A stretch of 62,465 bases of DNA, the filler included. It is 13 parts of 13 records of this genome, joined end to end, with 100 filler letters (N's around TTAATTAATTAA, not from the genome) between each part and the next. Parts side by side here need not be neighbours in the genome. Positions count along the whole stretch, not along the records: positions 9,075 to 13,180 come from SRR7504441_5383; positions 13,281 to 19,225 come from SRR7504441_5400; positions 19,326 to 24,243 come from SRR7504441_5404; 10 more parts are not named here. The stretch is one strand, 5' to 3'. The notes under the pieces were generated by a model. It saw only the letters and a program-made list of their open reading frames with translations. It made no database searches and was not told where the DNA came from. Both the position numbers and the translations under genes were made by a program. This document shows positions 11,430 through 22,729 of the stretch, one piece after another. How positions within the stretch are numbered: position 1 is the stretch's first letter; the number at the start of each line of letters is the position of its first letter.

Positions 11430-12292
11430 TCAATTAAGAGCCCCAGCCTCAGCCTTAGGCTCCAGCTCAGCTGTATCCTCAGCCTCTTGTGCCGCAGGCT
11501 CGGCGGCAGGCTCAGTCAGCTCGGCGCCAGCCCCAGAGGGCACAGAGGCCCGGCCGCACAGGTGTGTGGCCTCCAGGATCTTGTAACGATCGAGCGCGCT
11601 CCCACTCGATTGCTTAGTCGTCAGCTCGATCGTCGGCTCCTCCCAGAGCGAAGCTTCGAGCAGCAAGTCGCCCTCCTGAGCCCGTCTCGCCGGCAGCCCA
11701 GTCAAGCCACGCACCATTGGGTCCTTGACATACAGCGTGTACAGGTCGCCGCCCTGCCACAGATGAGCCCCCACCCGCCCAGCTGGCGCACCCGTCGGCG
11801 GACCTGCTGCCGATAGCCGAGAACTATCAAGTAGTGGGTGCCGCCCTTGTCCTTCCCGCCCTCCAGCCGCTCCAACAGCAGCAGCACCGGGTCGCCCCCC
11901 TCGATTGTGCGCTTGAGCGCGGCCATCCACCCCGGCGAGACCACTCGCACACCGTACTCGTCCTGGGAGGTTGGCCCGCCCCAGGGCAGCCCCTCGAACC
12001 AGCCCTCATCGTCCCCAAAGCTCTGACCGGCCAGCCAGGCCCCGAAGCCGTCCTCGAGCACCTCGAGCACCTCCTCCGCCTCGTCCCCCGGCCGCAGCCG
12101 CAGCACGCTCGAAACATCCACCGGCTCGCCCGATCGGAGCTTTGGCCAGCCGTAAAGCTTGGCCAGGCAGACCACAGGCGGCACCCAGCACCCGCTCACT
12201 CGACCGTCGGTCGGCTGCTTGGGCATCACCGCCTGCGCCGCCCCGGCCACCATCACAGGCTCGCTCGCCTCCTCCCGGCCGCGCTTCGGCAT
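11430..12292 (-). CDS. Hypothetical protein, possible papain-fold (C39-like) cysteine peptidase
   Basis: KQPTDGRVSGCW, then THYLIVLGY and LYVKDP after removal of intron 11803-11754. Confidence 0.5.
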
Positions 12293-12364
12293 AACAGTAC
12301 CGGTGTCCGGTGCCTCACAATTTCAACGGACAGACCCGCCGGCCAACTGTCGAAACCAGCCAAG

Positions 12365-13180
12365 ATGTCGCTGCATTGCCTGCCCGTCCGCTCGACCAAC
12401 CAGTACCGGGACCAATACTCGTTCCGGTCGGCGCCGTACTCGTCGGCCGCCACCCACCCTGGGCTCGAGACCAACAAGTATAAGCAGACCGAGACAGCCT
12501 TCGCCGCCCGGGCCGGCGAGCACGGGGCCGACTTCTACAACCACCGGGCCAACGAGGTCGGGTACGTGACCGGGCCGTACGCCGGGCACGACGCGCGGCA
12601 CGCTGGGTTCAACCCGGAGCCGCACCACTTCAACGCCGGGTACAACCAGGTGGCCGAGCCGAATGTGGAGCTCCGGCGGCCGTTCTGCGGAATGACCAGC
12701 TCGCGCACCCAGAAGGCGAGAGCCGGGCCTGGGGGGAGCGACTAAGCGGGGGACAGTGCTCGCCGCTTCAAGAGTCGATGCGGCTGATGCACCAGATGCG
12801 CCGGTGTGCTTTGCCGGTGCCGGGCTGGAGCGGGGGGGGCAGCAACAAGCACGAGTTCACGCCGAGCCTCAAGGAGGAGCAGGAGCTCGGGGTCAGCCTT
12901 ACCCTCCCGGTGCCCCCCGTTCGCCCCGGCCGGCTGAGCCGGGCCAGGTCTACCCGACGGGCATGTACTTCTCACACGCTCAGACCAGGGTCGTAGGCGA
13001 TCAGCTTCGGGTGACTTCCGGCGACAAGTACAACAGCCACGAGTCAAAGCACGTGACCGGATACGTAGGCGGGATGCCGGCCAACCCGACCTGGTCCTCC
13101 CCCCGGCTGGCGCTCGAGGCCAAGGCTTTCCGGGATGAGACGAGAGGCGGCCAGTGGGACGCGCCGAGGCACAGTGACTT
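12365..13180 (+). CDS. Hypothetical Tyr/Gly/His-rich protein, possibly ciliary (3' partial)
   Basis: Three ORF pieces can be joined by short introns (12716-12756 is GC-AG with an ACTAAG branch site). Contains a GYVGGMP motif. Confidence 0.5.
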
Positions 13181-13280
13181 NNNNNNNNNNNNNNNNNNNN
13201 NNNNNNNNNNNNNNNNNNNNNNNNTTAATTAATTAANNNNNNNNNNNNNNNNNNNNNNNNNNNNNNNNNNNNNNNNNNNN
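13181..13280. other. Artificial contig spacer
   Basis: Same linker. Confidence 0.98.
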
Positions 13281-13281
13281 C

Positions 13282-14289
13282 AAGGAGGGCATCCCGCCTG
13301 ACCTGCAGCGAGTGATCTTCGCTGGCAAGCAGCTTGAGGACAGCCGCACCCTGCAGGACTACAGCATCCAGAAGGAGTCCACCCTGCACCTTGTTTGGCG
13401 GACACGCGGCGAAGTCCAGACTGCGGAGGAGGCGTTGGCAAATCTGGAAGAATGGCAACAGGAGCGGCTGGACAAAGTGCTCAGCAAGCTGTCCGACTCC
13501 CCAAGCTGTCCGACTCCGCACTGGGCCCGGTGCGCGCTGGTGGACAACGACTGGCACGTTGGGCTGGCGCTCAAGAGCTTGGCCGCTAGGCCTCAGGAGG
13601 AGGAGCTGGGAGATGTCAACACGGACGATTGGCACAGTTTGGTGTCGGAGGAGTTGGGGGCGCTGCTGGACCGGACGGTTGCGATCGGGGGGTGCAGCCC
13701 TGACGACATTGAGTACATGATTGAGAATATTCTAAGCGGCAGGTGCCCCCCCCCCTCCCCCCGGCAATTGCAACCCCCGGCCGGCAGCAAGAGTGAGAGT
13801 CACTACATCGACCTCTATTCTGAGCGGTTGGCGGTCGAAGAGATCAAAATCGCCGCCCGTGCCGCCTGCACCCCAGAATCCCGGCTCAGTCGTTGGCTGG
13901 GTCCCCACAGGAATGGCGGCGACAGCCTGGTGGCTGCCGCCGACTCAAACGGTGCAATAGTTGGGCTGTTATTCGCGGACGCCACCCCAGCTAGCGAGAG
14001 GCTGGTAGAGCTTCTCCAGGCCGCCGAGCTAGAGGCCAAAAAGCTCACTGGCATGCCGTTCCTGGCGGTGCTTGTGAGCTCCGATCCCTCGGTGCTGCCG
14101 GGGGGGGCGAGCTGGGCAGTACTTGCGCACGACTCCGAGGCTATCAAGCGGTTGACGCGCGACCACGGAGTGAGCTCCTGGCCGCAGCTGCACTTCATCG
14201 CGGCGGCCGACTGCTCGATCCTCTCGCCCAATGGGGCGTCGCTGGTGGGCCCTTGTTTGATCTTGTGGCTCGGGCTGAGTGCTGGGTAG
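13282..14289 (+). CDS. Ubiquitin-like domain fused to UBA-like and nucleoredoxin-like domains (5' partial; probably continues past 14289 via introns)
   Basis: [88 protein letters not shown]. Confidence 0.75.
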   Translation, partial: KEGIPPDLQRVIFAGKQLEDSRTLQDYSIQKESTLHLVWRTRGEVQTAEEALANLEEWQQERLDKVLSKLSDSPSCPTPHWARCALVDNDWHVGLALKSLAARPQEEELGDVNTDDWHSLVSEELGALLDRTVAIGGCSPDDIEYMIENILSGRCPPPSPRQLQPPAGSKSESHYIDLYSERLAVEEIKIAARAACTPESRLSRWLGPHRNGGDSLVAAADSNGAIVGLLFADATPASERLVELLQAAELEAKKLTGMPFLAVLVSSDPSVLPGGASWAVLAHDSEAIKRLTRDHGVSSWPQLHFIAAADCSILSPNGASLVGPCLILWLGLSAG

Positions 14290-14786
14290 CTTATGCAGCC
14301 AGCGGAGCGGCTCGGGGACGTGTTGCATGGGCTGCACAATGCCGGCAAGCCTGGCAGGTGAGCACCCACCAGCGAGCATGGCTGAGCCGAGTTTGCAGCT
14401 GGTCGTCACACGGCACGTTCCAGCCAAACTTTGGCGGCGGCTGAGGTTAATGGAGCGCTTGGCAGGGTGTGAGCTGCTAAGCTTATATGTAGGCACCGGC
14501 TGTCTGTGATGCGCGTGGATTCAAGGCGAGTTATTGCCAATCCACGGGTGGAGGCTGAGCCGCAACGTCTGATAGCATCATGATCATAGTTTTACAATTA
14601 TAATTCGTACATTATTCCTATTCAACGGCGGACAAAGGGCTACGCTCCTAACACCCACCGCCACACTAGCCCCTCGGGCACTTGATCTACGGCGGCTCTG
14701 CACGTGCTGTGATGGACATCGAATCACTTGCTAGCGGCGAGGGGAAATTTCGCCGCGGCGCGAGAGGAACAGAGAGCGGGGCCAAG

Positions 14787-15529
14787 ATGCCGTCTTTGGT
14801 GAGCTACCTGCTGGTGCAGTTTGGGTGGCGCCGGCTGGCCTACACCGCCTCGGTCCTCGGCCTAGCCGCCGCCTTCTTCGTGCTCTCCCGGATGCGCCAC
14901 CGCACCAACAACAACCGCCGCCGGCTGCCCGCCAACAACACCGCCCCGGCCGCTCCCGCCAGGGCCGAGTCCGAGGCGCTCGAGGTGCTCTGCGCCGGGA
15001 ATCAGGTGCCCGCCCACCCGGGCCGCTCCAGCCGCCCGGCAGGTGCTGTTCAGCCCAGACCTCCAGCAGCTGGTTCAGGGGGCCGACGAGGCGCTGGCCA
15101 AGCTCTGCCGCAAGTACACCGTGTACGTGGTGACCAGCGTGCCCGACCCAGCCCAGTGCGACCGGCTGCGCGAGATGCTCCGGCCGAGCCTGGCCCCTGC
15201 CGGGCTCGACATGCGGGTGAGGTCCGGCCCGGGGGCGGTCGAGCCGGCGGGCCAGCGGGTAGTTTTCTGCAGCACGACCAAGGGGCGCGAGTCGATCGCG
15301 CGGCAGATCGCGCCGTCGGTGCACATAGACTGTGGGTGGGCGCTGCCGAGCCGGGCTGAAAGCGGGGGCAGCGGATCCAACGGTGCTGGCTAACCTGAGG
15401 CCTCACCTGGGGGCCGTGTGGCACGTAGACAGCGCGATGGAACCGGGGGGCGCCATACTGCCCAACGGCAACATGAGCTCCGGGCCGTCGCTGGCCGAAC
15501 TGGTGGCCAACACCCTCAAGGAGTCCTAG
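14787..15529 (+). CDS. PEX22: Peroxin PEX22-like (plant-type) membrane protein
   Basis: N-terminal TM helix. RVVFCSTTKGRESIARQIAPSVHID resembles the plant PEX22 KVLFCST.xGR.SFVRQL.P.WHID block. Three short GT-AG introns. Confidence 0.7.
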
Positions 15530-15766
15530 TGCTCACCGTGCTCACCTCCAATGGTTCGGTATGATGCTCCGCTTGTTGCAGCTGCGCTACTCCGTACAGC
15601 TGTGGGCACCATCTCTCAATCCAGCCGGTCTCATGCCGGCGAGTACTTTAAACCCGTTGGCCGATATTCGATCGGTTTCGCACGGTGCGGTGCAAAATAA
15701 ATCAGTTATCTCAATCAATCAACTGACCACCACTACGTATCTATTTGAACAAATCTACAACATTAG

Positions 15767-16356
15767 CTACGTTGACGCCCCTTCGAAGAGCAGATTCACC
15801 CCACGGCTGACAGGCTCTATCGTGGGCTCATCCCCCGGGGGCTGCTCGTCCAGCCCCACCGCCTGCAGCCCGGCCGCCGCCGCCTCAAGCTCGTCTTCCA
15901 GCTCCCAGGGCATCGCCTGCCCCGGCTCGCCAACGACCCCCCAGCCGCCCACCGGCCCGGCCGGGCGCTTGGCCCCGCAGTGGACGCACAGCTCGGCCTC
16001 CTCCGTGTTGGGGAACCAGCAGTTGGTGCAGTCCCAGCCGGCCCGCTCGCCCCCATCCTCCATCTGCTCCAGGCTCTCCCGGAACGCCTTGCCCTCCCGC
16101 TCGGCCTTGGCCAGCGCGCTGGCGTTGACGCTCCCGAAGGCCTGCACGATCTGGTCGAGCATGCTCTTGACCTCCGCGTTGTGCTTTAGGGTGGCCGACT
16201 CGAGCTCGTGCTGCAGTTGGCCCATCGAGTCTCGCAGCTCGTCCAGCTGCGAGCGCATCCCCTTGATCTGATCAGCCCCCCGCTTGCCCCGACCCCCGAC
16301 CCCGCCCGCACCTTGGCCACCGACTCGGCCTTGCTCGGCGGGTTGCCGGCGCTCAT
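15767..16356 (-). CDS. Coiled-coil protein with RanBP2-type zinc finger
   Basis: MSAGNPPSKAESVAK|IKG via intron 16311-16268; WDCTNCWFPN....LCVHCGAKRP. Confidence 0.75.
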
Positions 16357-16436
16357 CCTCGCCGACCAGACAGTGTGTGCCTCTGCCGCCCGACGCACCG
16401 CCGGAGCTGATGAATTCCGTTACCAAAGCTTTGGTA

Positions 16437-17207
16437 ATGACGACAGCCATCTGGGCTCAAGACCACCGGCATGTGTTCCTCTCGGTCAAGATCAAGGGGG
16501 CGGCGGCGGCGGGCGAGCCGGAGTTCAGCTTCCAGCCGGAGACTGTCCGGGTGCAGGCGGCTGGGGCTCAATTCGAGGCCCAGCTCTTCGGGCCTATAGA
16601 GCCGGACCACCCGGATACCAATGCGAGCTGCAAGCCCAACAGCGTGGAGCTGGTGCTCCGGAAGGCCAAGAAGGGGTTCTGGCCCGGGCTGCTCGCCGGC
16701 GGGAAGAAGGACCGGGCCATTACTGTGGACTGGGACAAATGGGTGGACGAAGATGAGTGCGAGGACGACCAGGAGGGCGACTGCGAGTGCGAGCCGGTGA
16801 GCGCGTTCGATCCGACGGAGGCGGCCAGCCTGGAGAGCTCGCCGATCGACGGGGAGGTGAGCGACCAGTTCTGCCAGCTCAACCCGAACGAGAAGATGCT
16901 ACTGCTTTCGCACATGTGGAACGGATGCGACCAGGACCAGCGCGAGGTACTAATGAGCACGTTCAAGAGCATCCTGGACAGCAGCAGCGAGGACGGCTGC
17001 CAGTCGGCCGACCTCAAGGGGAGCGGGCTGCTCGGGGACCGCGACTTATCGCAATTCCCGCCAGACGTCAAGCTGCCGCACGTTGAACAGTGGCTCAAAG
17101 AGTTTGGCACGGGCGGCACCGAGCAGAAGGTCGGCAGCTTCACCAAGTGCTGGGGCTGGTGCAACGACGAGGAGAAAAGGCTGGTGATGGCCGGGCTCAC
17201 CCGATGA
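16437..17207 (+). CDS. p23/CS-domain Hsp90 co-chaperone-like protein with C-terminal extension
   Basis: AIWAQ...VFLSVKI, LVLRKA..GFWPGL, ITVDWDKWVDEDE. Confidence 0.85.
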   Translation: MTTAIWAQDHRHVFLSVKIKGAAAAGEPEFSFQPETVRVQAAGAQFEAQLFGPIEPDHPDTNASCKPNSVELVLRKAKKGFWPGLLAGGKKDRAITVDWDKWVDEDECEDDQEGDCECEPVSAFDPTEAASLESSPIDGEVSDQFCQLNPNEKMLLLSHMWNGCDQDQREVLMSTFKSILDSSSEDGCQSADLKGSGLLGDRDLSQFPPDVKLPHVEQWLKEFGTGGTEQKVGSFTKCWGWCNDEEKRLVMAGLTR

Positions 17208-17601
17208 TGCGACAGCGGCTGCCGTCACGGCGGGTGTCGGTAGGAAGAATCATGATTATGGGTGTACGGTGGTTCTGGGCACCACTACGAGACGCGTGCT
17301 ATGAGCGGCATTCGAGTCCTAGATGCTCATGGTTTCTGTCGACCACTTGTTGAAACTGATAGTTGATTCAACCATCATTGAACATCATATCATTTAATCA
17401 CGATTAATTAGGCCTCGAATCAGGCACCGCGGCCGAGGCAACCTAAACTAGAAGTGAGAATTGTGCTGTTTAACCAGTGGCGCAGACAAGGTACGCCCAA
17501 TTCGAGTGCTCGAAAGACCAAAATACCCATGAAAATACCGGTACTGTACCGTAGCTGTACATGTGACTTGTGACCCGGATCTGGCAAGCTGGCCTTCTCA
17601 A

Positions 17602-19225
17602 ATGGCGAGGCGACCTCCTCGACGTATGCCCCAGATGAGGTACTCGCAGGACGAGATCGAGCAGATGCGCGCCATGCAGGGGCCGACGGTGCCCGCAGTA
17701 TTGCTGAGCGCGGTCACTTCAGGCCCCAGGAACGGGCCGAGGATGCTGGAGTGCCCGCCCAGCATGAGCCTGAGCCAGTTCAGCGCAGCGGTCACCCAGC
17801 TCACTGGGGTCCACCCGCCCTGTATACTGATCTACGACCAAGCCTGTCGGTACCAGGAGAAGTCGAAGGAGCTCGCCGATTTAGACCAGGGGCGCATCGA
17901 CCCGGCCCGCATCGTCCGTCTGCCGCCAGCCCCCGGAGACTCATTTACCGACATGGTGGCTCTGGCGGCCAGCAGATTGGACGTGGAGGCAGCGAGGGTG
18001 GCTCAGAGCCAGGAGATGGAGACGGCCAGGCTGCGGGCGGAGCAGGCCGAGGCGCTGCAGGCCGAGCTGGCGGCTGCAGTGGCCGACCAGGACTTCCGGC
18101 GCGCAGCCGACTTGCAAGATCAGATCGCGGCGCTCCCGCCGGCGAAGGCGGTTGCGCCACTGTGGTCCAATCAGCTGGTGGCCGCGGTGATCAGCATGCG
18201 ATGCTTGGGCGTGCACCGGGCGGTGAGCGGACTGCTCGCTCAGCAGCTAGCAATGCGCACGATGCCTGCCTGTGCCTTCCTGCCTAAACCGTGCAGCCCA
18301 CCCACCAGCGGGCCCAGACCTGCTGCTGACATGTCGGCGGACGGCTTATTCATCAGCGGGGTAGCAGTCGCGACCGTCCAGTATGACACCCTTGACGGCT
18401 TGCCTGATGGCCTGCCAATCCAAGTGAACATCCGGTCCACCGTCTCCGGCCCTGAGCCCCGGGTCCACCGGTTCTCGCTCACTTCGGAGGTGCGGTTGGC
18501 CCATCTACTTAGGATGGTGCTGGCCGCCGAGGCCAAACAGATAGGGACAAGTGATTACGACCCGCCATGCTACGTGAGTGTCGATGGTGTGGACTATACA
18601 TACCAGAATCTATACGCCGGCGAGCCGTATGGCGAGCCTGTCAAGCTCTGCGCCATGGCGGCCACTGAGCACGTGACGCTCGGCAGTCTTGGAGTGACGG
18701 ATGGCTCTGAGATCAGCCTCGATCTTGATCCAGACTTCCGGCCGAGGCGGCCAAGAGTTATGGGCAGGCCATACATTGAGGATGGCGCGCCGGTCACTGC
18801 GGCCCTCGAGCACTCGAGCTGGGCTGTCGCCTGCCCGCAGCTCGGGACGGATCTGGCTGAGCACAGGGCGGCTGTGGCGGCCGGCTGGGCCCAGGACGCT
18901 CTCGCCGAGCACGCCTCGGTGGGCCGCTCTGAGCTGGCTGCTGCTCACATGGGGGCAGGTGGCCTCGTTCGCCCGGCATCTACTCGAGCTGATGGCGCTC
19001 GGAGCCCCGGCCGAGCTGTTGGCCGGAGCCACAGCAGCCGCACAGGACGAGGTCAGGCATGCTCAGATCTGCTTCTCGCTGGCCGCGAGCTACGGCGCCG
19101 GCAAACTCGGGCCCGGGCAGTTCCCGGTGGCTTCGGGCGTTGAGGGCGAGCCATCGCTGCAGCGGGTGGCTGTGGCGGTGGCCAAGGAGGGCTGCGTGGG
19201 CGAGACAGTGTCGGCGCTGCTGGCG
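17602..19225 (+). CDS. UVR-motif protein with C-terminal myxobacterial-type ferritin-like domain (3' partial)
   Basis: LAAAVADQDFRRAADLQDQI (UVR); GRP..W..W...ALAEHAS|VASFAR..L.LMALGAP..DEVRHA..CF.LA..EGCVGET across intron 18919-18958. Confidence 0.75.
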
Positions 19226-19325
19226 NNNNNNNNNNNNNNNNNNNNNNNNNNNNNNNNNNNNNNNNNNNNTTAATTAATTAANNNNNNNNNNNNNNNNNNN
19301 NNNNNNNNNNNNNNNNNNNNNNNNN
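19226..19325. other. Artificial contig spacer
   Basis: Same linker. Confidence 0.98.
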
Positions 19326-19461
19326 TGCTGCGCTATGTAGCTGCACGAGGCAGCCGGCCAGGAGGGCCTCAGTTCGTTCCGTTACGCCAACGGCACGCAC
19401 CCCTCTCAAGGCAACCATGCCAGGAGCCCCAGGCGCGGCCTGATCGCGGTAGCCGATCAGG

Positions 19462-21364
19462 ATGGAGCCCCAGGGGGAGGAGCCGGGGGCGGCCGCCTGT
19501 TCGGAGCCGCTGGAGGGGCCGGATGCGGCCCGAGTGATCAGCGAGCTCCGGGCCGAGTGCGCCGGTCTGGCGGGGGAGCTGGACAGAATCAAGAAGTCGC
19601 GCGGGGATCGATTCTACCGGAAGACCGACCAGATGATGCGAGAGGCCGTGCTCAAGGGGGCGGCCACCGGGGGGCTGGCCCAGGCGAGCTCGGTGATCCA
19701 GCTGCACTTCCGGGCCAACGCCAGGAGCATGCTGCAGCACTGGGGCGTCCTCACCAGCGTGGCCAAGTTCTCCAGGCTCAAACAGGCCGAGCTCGAGCGC
19801 CAGTTCGAGAGCCGACGGCACCAGCTCGATCGGGATATTGAGGCCCGTGAGGCCAAGATGCGGCTGCTGGCCGAGCAAGTTGAGGGGTTCGAGGCAGATT
19901 TGGCCGAGTTCGCCAGCTTCTCGATCAGCGCCGAGGCCGAGCTCCAGCTGCTGACCGGTAGCGACATCAGGCTCGGGAACCTGCTGGTCAAGCAGCACCA
20001 AGACGGGGTGTCGGTCCCCGAAGGAGTTGATGCACTCACACTGCTCAAAATGCAGAGCGCTCTCAACGCCGCAACTGGGGCGCTCACAAACCTAAAGATA
20101 GATCTGGAGCTAGCTGGGCAAGATGATGACTCGGACGCGGATCCTGCAGAGCTGAAAGCTGCCGCACAGAGCATAGCAACTGACGAGGGCGATCAGAACG
20201 TTGGAGAGGGGCAGCTTCCTAGTGAGGATGTTTTGAGGTACTTGCAGGAAGAGATCGAGGCCAGGAGGGAGCTAGAGCAGCAACTGATCAGCATCAAGTT
20301 GGATCAGGCACTTGGGATTCTATCCAAGAGTGCCGTGGTGGGCCGGTTGGACCAGCAGGCTGTTGCAGAGACCTTTGCTTTGTGGAAGGAGTGGGTGCCA
20401 CTGGCCAAGCAGCAAGTCAAAGGCGCATCTTCTGCGATGGTGATGATGCAGAGTGTGCTCGAGGCCTGGAAGTCGCCTGGAATGCGGTCCACCTTTGAGC
20501 GGTGGATGCACCACGCAGTCGACCACTCACGCACTCGCCTGGTCAATACAATGGGCAAGGAGTACAGGGTACTCCGGACCCGAGTCGCCTGGAGAGAACG
20601 GCAGCTGATCCACTGTCAGACACAGCTGGCAGCAGTGATAGCTGAGCGCGATGCAATTGCAGACTATAATACAGAGATGGTGGCACGTGCACTTCGTACC
20701 GAGGCTGGATGCGAGACGGCGGCTTCAAATCTAGGCGATCCTGAGCTTATGGCTCTGTTTGCAGAGGCAAGCGCCAAAGCCATGGGAGCCGAAGCGATCG
20801 CTCGCGCCAACATTGGCAAGGTCTGGCCGGATGCTGACCGCTGTAAAATTGCAGAAAAGAATATTGAAGCTGGTGGAGGAGAAAGAGACTGAGATCAAGG
20901 AGCTCTGGCAGGACTTCAAAGATTATGCTGAGGAAAAGCAACAGGCAAGGTTGCACTTTGCCCTGGCATCTCTCCGGGATGGCTTAGGAAAAGGCCTGCA
21001 GCTATGGATCCGTGAGCAACTGCTAGGAGGACTCCTGTTCTGGCGTCAGCAGGCGCTGCTTCTCATGTTCAAACGACAGCAAGCTGCAAAGTTTGATGGC
21101 AGTGGAGTCTTTGGGGCCAAGAGCTATACTCCTGAGCATGGTAAAAAGCAAAAGCACCGCTCGACGTTGCTTAAGTCACTAAAAGACGCCGAAGAGTATT
21201 GGACTGCCGGAGTGGCAAGCTGCGAGACACGAATGGGCGCGCTCGGAGGTAATGGAGACAAGCGGCGAGCCAAGGGGAATGGGTCTGATGTCCGACGAAA
21301 AGGACAACCTAGTGTCATGGAGCCTGAAGGTCAGCCAGACGACGACGTGGCCGAAGCCCCTTGA
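19462..21364 (+). CDS. Large coiled-coil hypothetical protein
   Basis: The 476-aa ORF joins ORF 20759-21364 through 34-nt GT-AG intron 20821-20854 (CTGAC branch). Heptad-rich. Confidence 0.7.
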
Positions 21365-21529
21365 TCGGTGGACCGCGCACAAAGTGCTGCCGCTCCAACT
21401 GTGTAGACTAATTGACAACTCTGTATCTATTTCGATGACCGTCATCATGTCGATCGGACTATGACACATGAAATTAAAAGCATGTACATAAGTAAGAGAA
21501 TGATCCATTCATGCGTTGTTATTCTATTG

Positions 21530-22561
21530 TTATTCCATCAATCTAAATGCAGCGCTATCCGTGTGATAATTTTGCTTACCATGCATGGCGCTAATAAACG
21601 AGTCTCGAACGTGCGCTCCTTGGCACTTGACGAAACCAACTAGCAGCCATCTCTGGCCGCAGGTGATTGGGGCGCCCGAGTGCAGGTGCTGGCCCGAGTG
21701 CACCACCAGGTCCCCCATTTCGCTCGGGCACACCGGTTGTCCCAGTGCAGCAAAGTGAGTCCCCCCACCGCTAAACTCCTCGGGCTCGTTAAGCAATATG
21801 TTGAAGCTAAGCAGCGACCGGTCTCTGTGCGGTCCGAGTTCCTTCTGGCCGCCAGCGTCGTATTGGACACAGAACAGGTCCACGATCGCCATCGAGAGCC
21901 CCTGTCCGCCGAGCACGGAGTCTGGCGACCCAAAGTAAAGCCGATGTATGGTCGGGAGCACGGCGTCGAGCATCGGGGCTTCGAGCAGCTCCCAAAGCCT
22001 GGGCGCCTCCTTTACTGAGAAGTCGGTTGTGTTGTGGTGCGAGTGCCGCTGGGTCTGCCAGCCATGCTCGGCCGCGTGCTCCGTCGCCAGCTCCCGGGCC
22101 CGGCGGCACACAGCCCGGTCGAGGCTGCCGTGGCACACATGAACATCGAGCAGCCCCGCCTCGGCCAGCAGCAGCGGCACCGGGCTGTCCGGCGGGCAGG
22201 GCAGGCTCAGGCTCGCATACGGCTCTAGCGCCCGCACCGGCCGTACCGCGGCGCAGAGCAACTGGACGTGACGGCATGAGAGCGTCAGGGCCTCCAGCCG
22301 CTCGGCCAGCTGGTCGGCCCGGGCCATGCCCGCGCAGCTGCCCAGCTCGCAGTCCTGCAGCATCGGGAGCAGGAAGGCTAGCCCCAGCTCGGCCAGCACC
22401 AGCTCCAGCCCCGCGCCGGCAGTCACCAGCGCCCGGGCCGAGCAGGGCTGCAGCCCGCCATACGCCTCGCCCTCGGAGCTCGGCTCGGGCTCGGGCTCGC
22501 TGCTGCTGTCCTGGTATTCCAGCCCGTCCACGTCCCACTCCTCCTCCTCCTCGTCCGCCAT
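21530..22561 (-). CDS. 2OG-Fe(II) dioxygenase (prolyl/lysyl hydroxylase-like)
   Basis: LFCVQY, HRD (HxD), FNILLN..F.GGGT.F, HSG..IT.G.RW.LVGF. Confidence 0.85.
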   Translation of the reverse strand: MADEEEEEWDVDGLEYQDSSSEPEPEPSSEGEAYGGLQPCSARALVTAGAGLELVLAELGLAFLLPMLQDCELGSCAGMARADQLAERLEALTLSCRHVQLLCAAVRPVRALEPYASLSLPCPPDSPVPLLLAEAGLLDVHVCHGSLDRAVCRRARELATEHAAEHGWQTQRHSHHNTTDFSVKEAPRLWELLEAPMLDAVLPTIHRLYFGSPDSVLGGQGLSMAIVDLFCVQYDAGGQKELGPHRDRSLLSFNILLNEPEEFSGGGTHFAALGQPVCPSEMGDLVVHSGQHLHSGAPITCGQRWLLVGFVKCQGAHVRDSFISAMHGKQNYHTDSAAFRLME

Positions 22562-22729
22562 CACGGACGAGGAAGCCGCCGCGCGGTCGCTCTCGGAGCT
22601 CGTACGTGAAAACACCGAGGTCGTTGTGAGGCAACCAAGTCTGAAGTGAGCTGTATTCAAGTACGTACGCGGGAGACAACAACAAGACAAAAATATTTTA
22701 AACTGTACGGTATCACTATTTATGGTAGT

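Noticed and set aside
13282..13413. Polyubiquitin or ubiquitin-ribosomal protein fusion
   Set aside because: No GG terminus, and the downstream sequence is neither ubiquitin nor L40/S27a.
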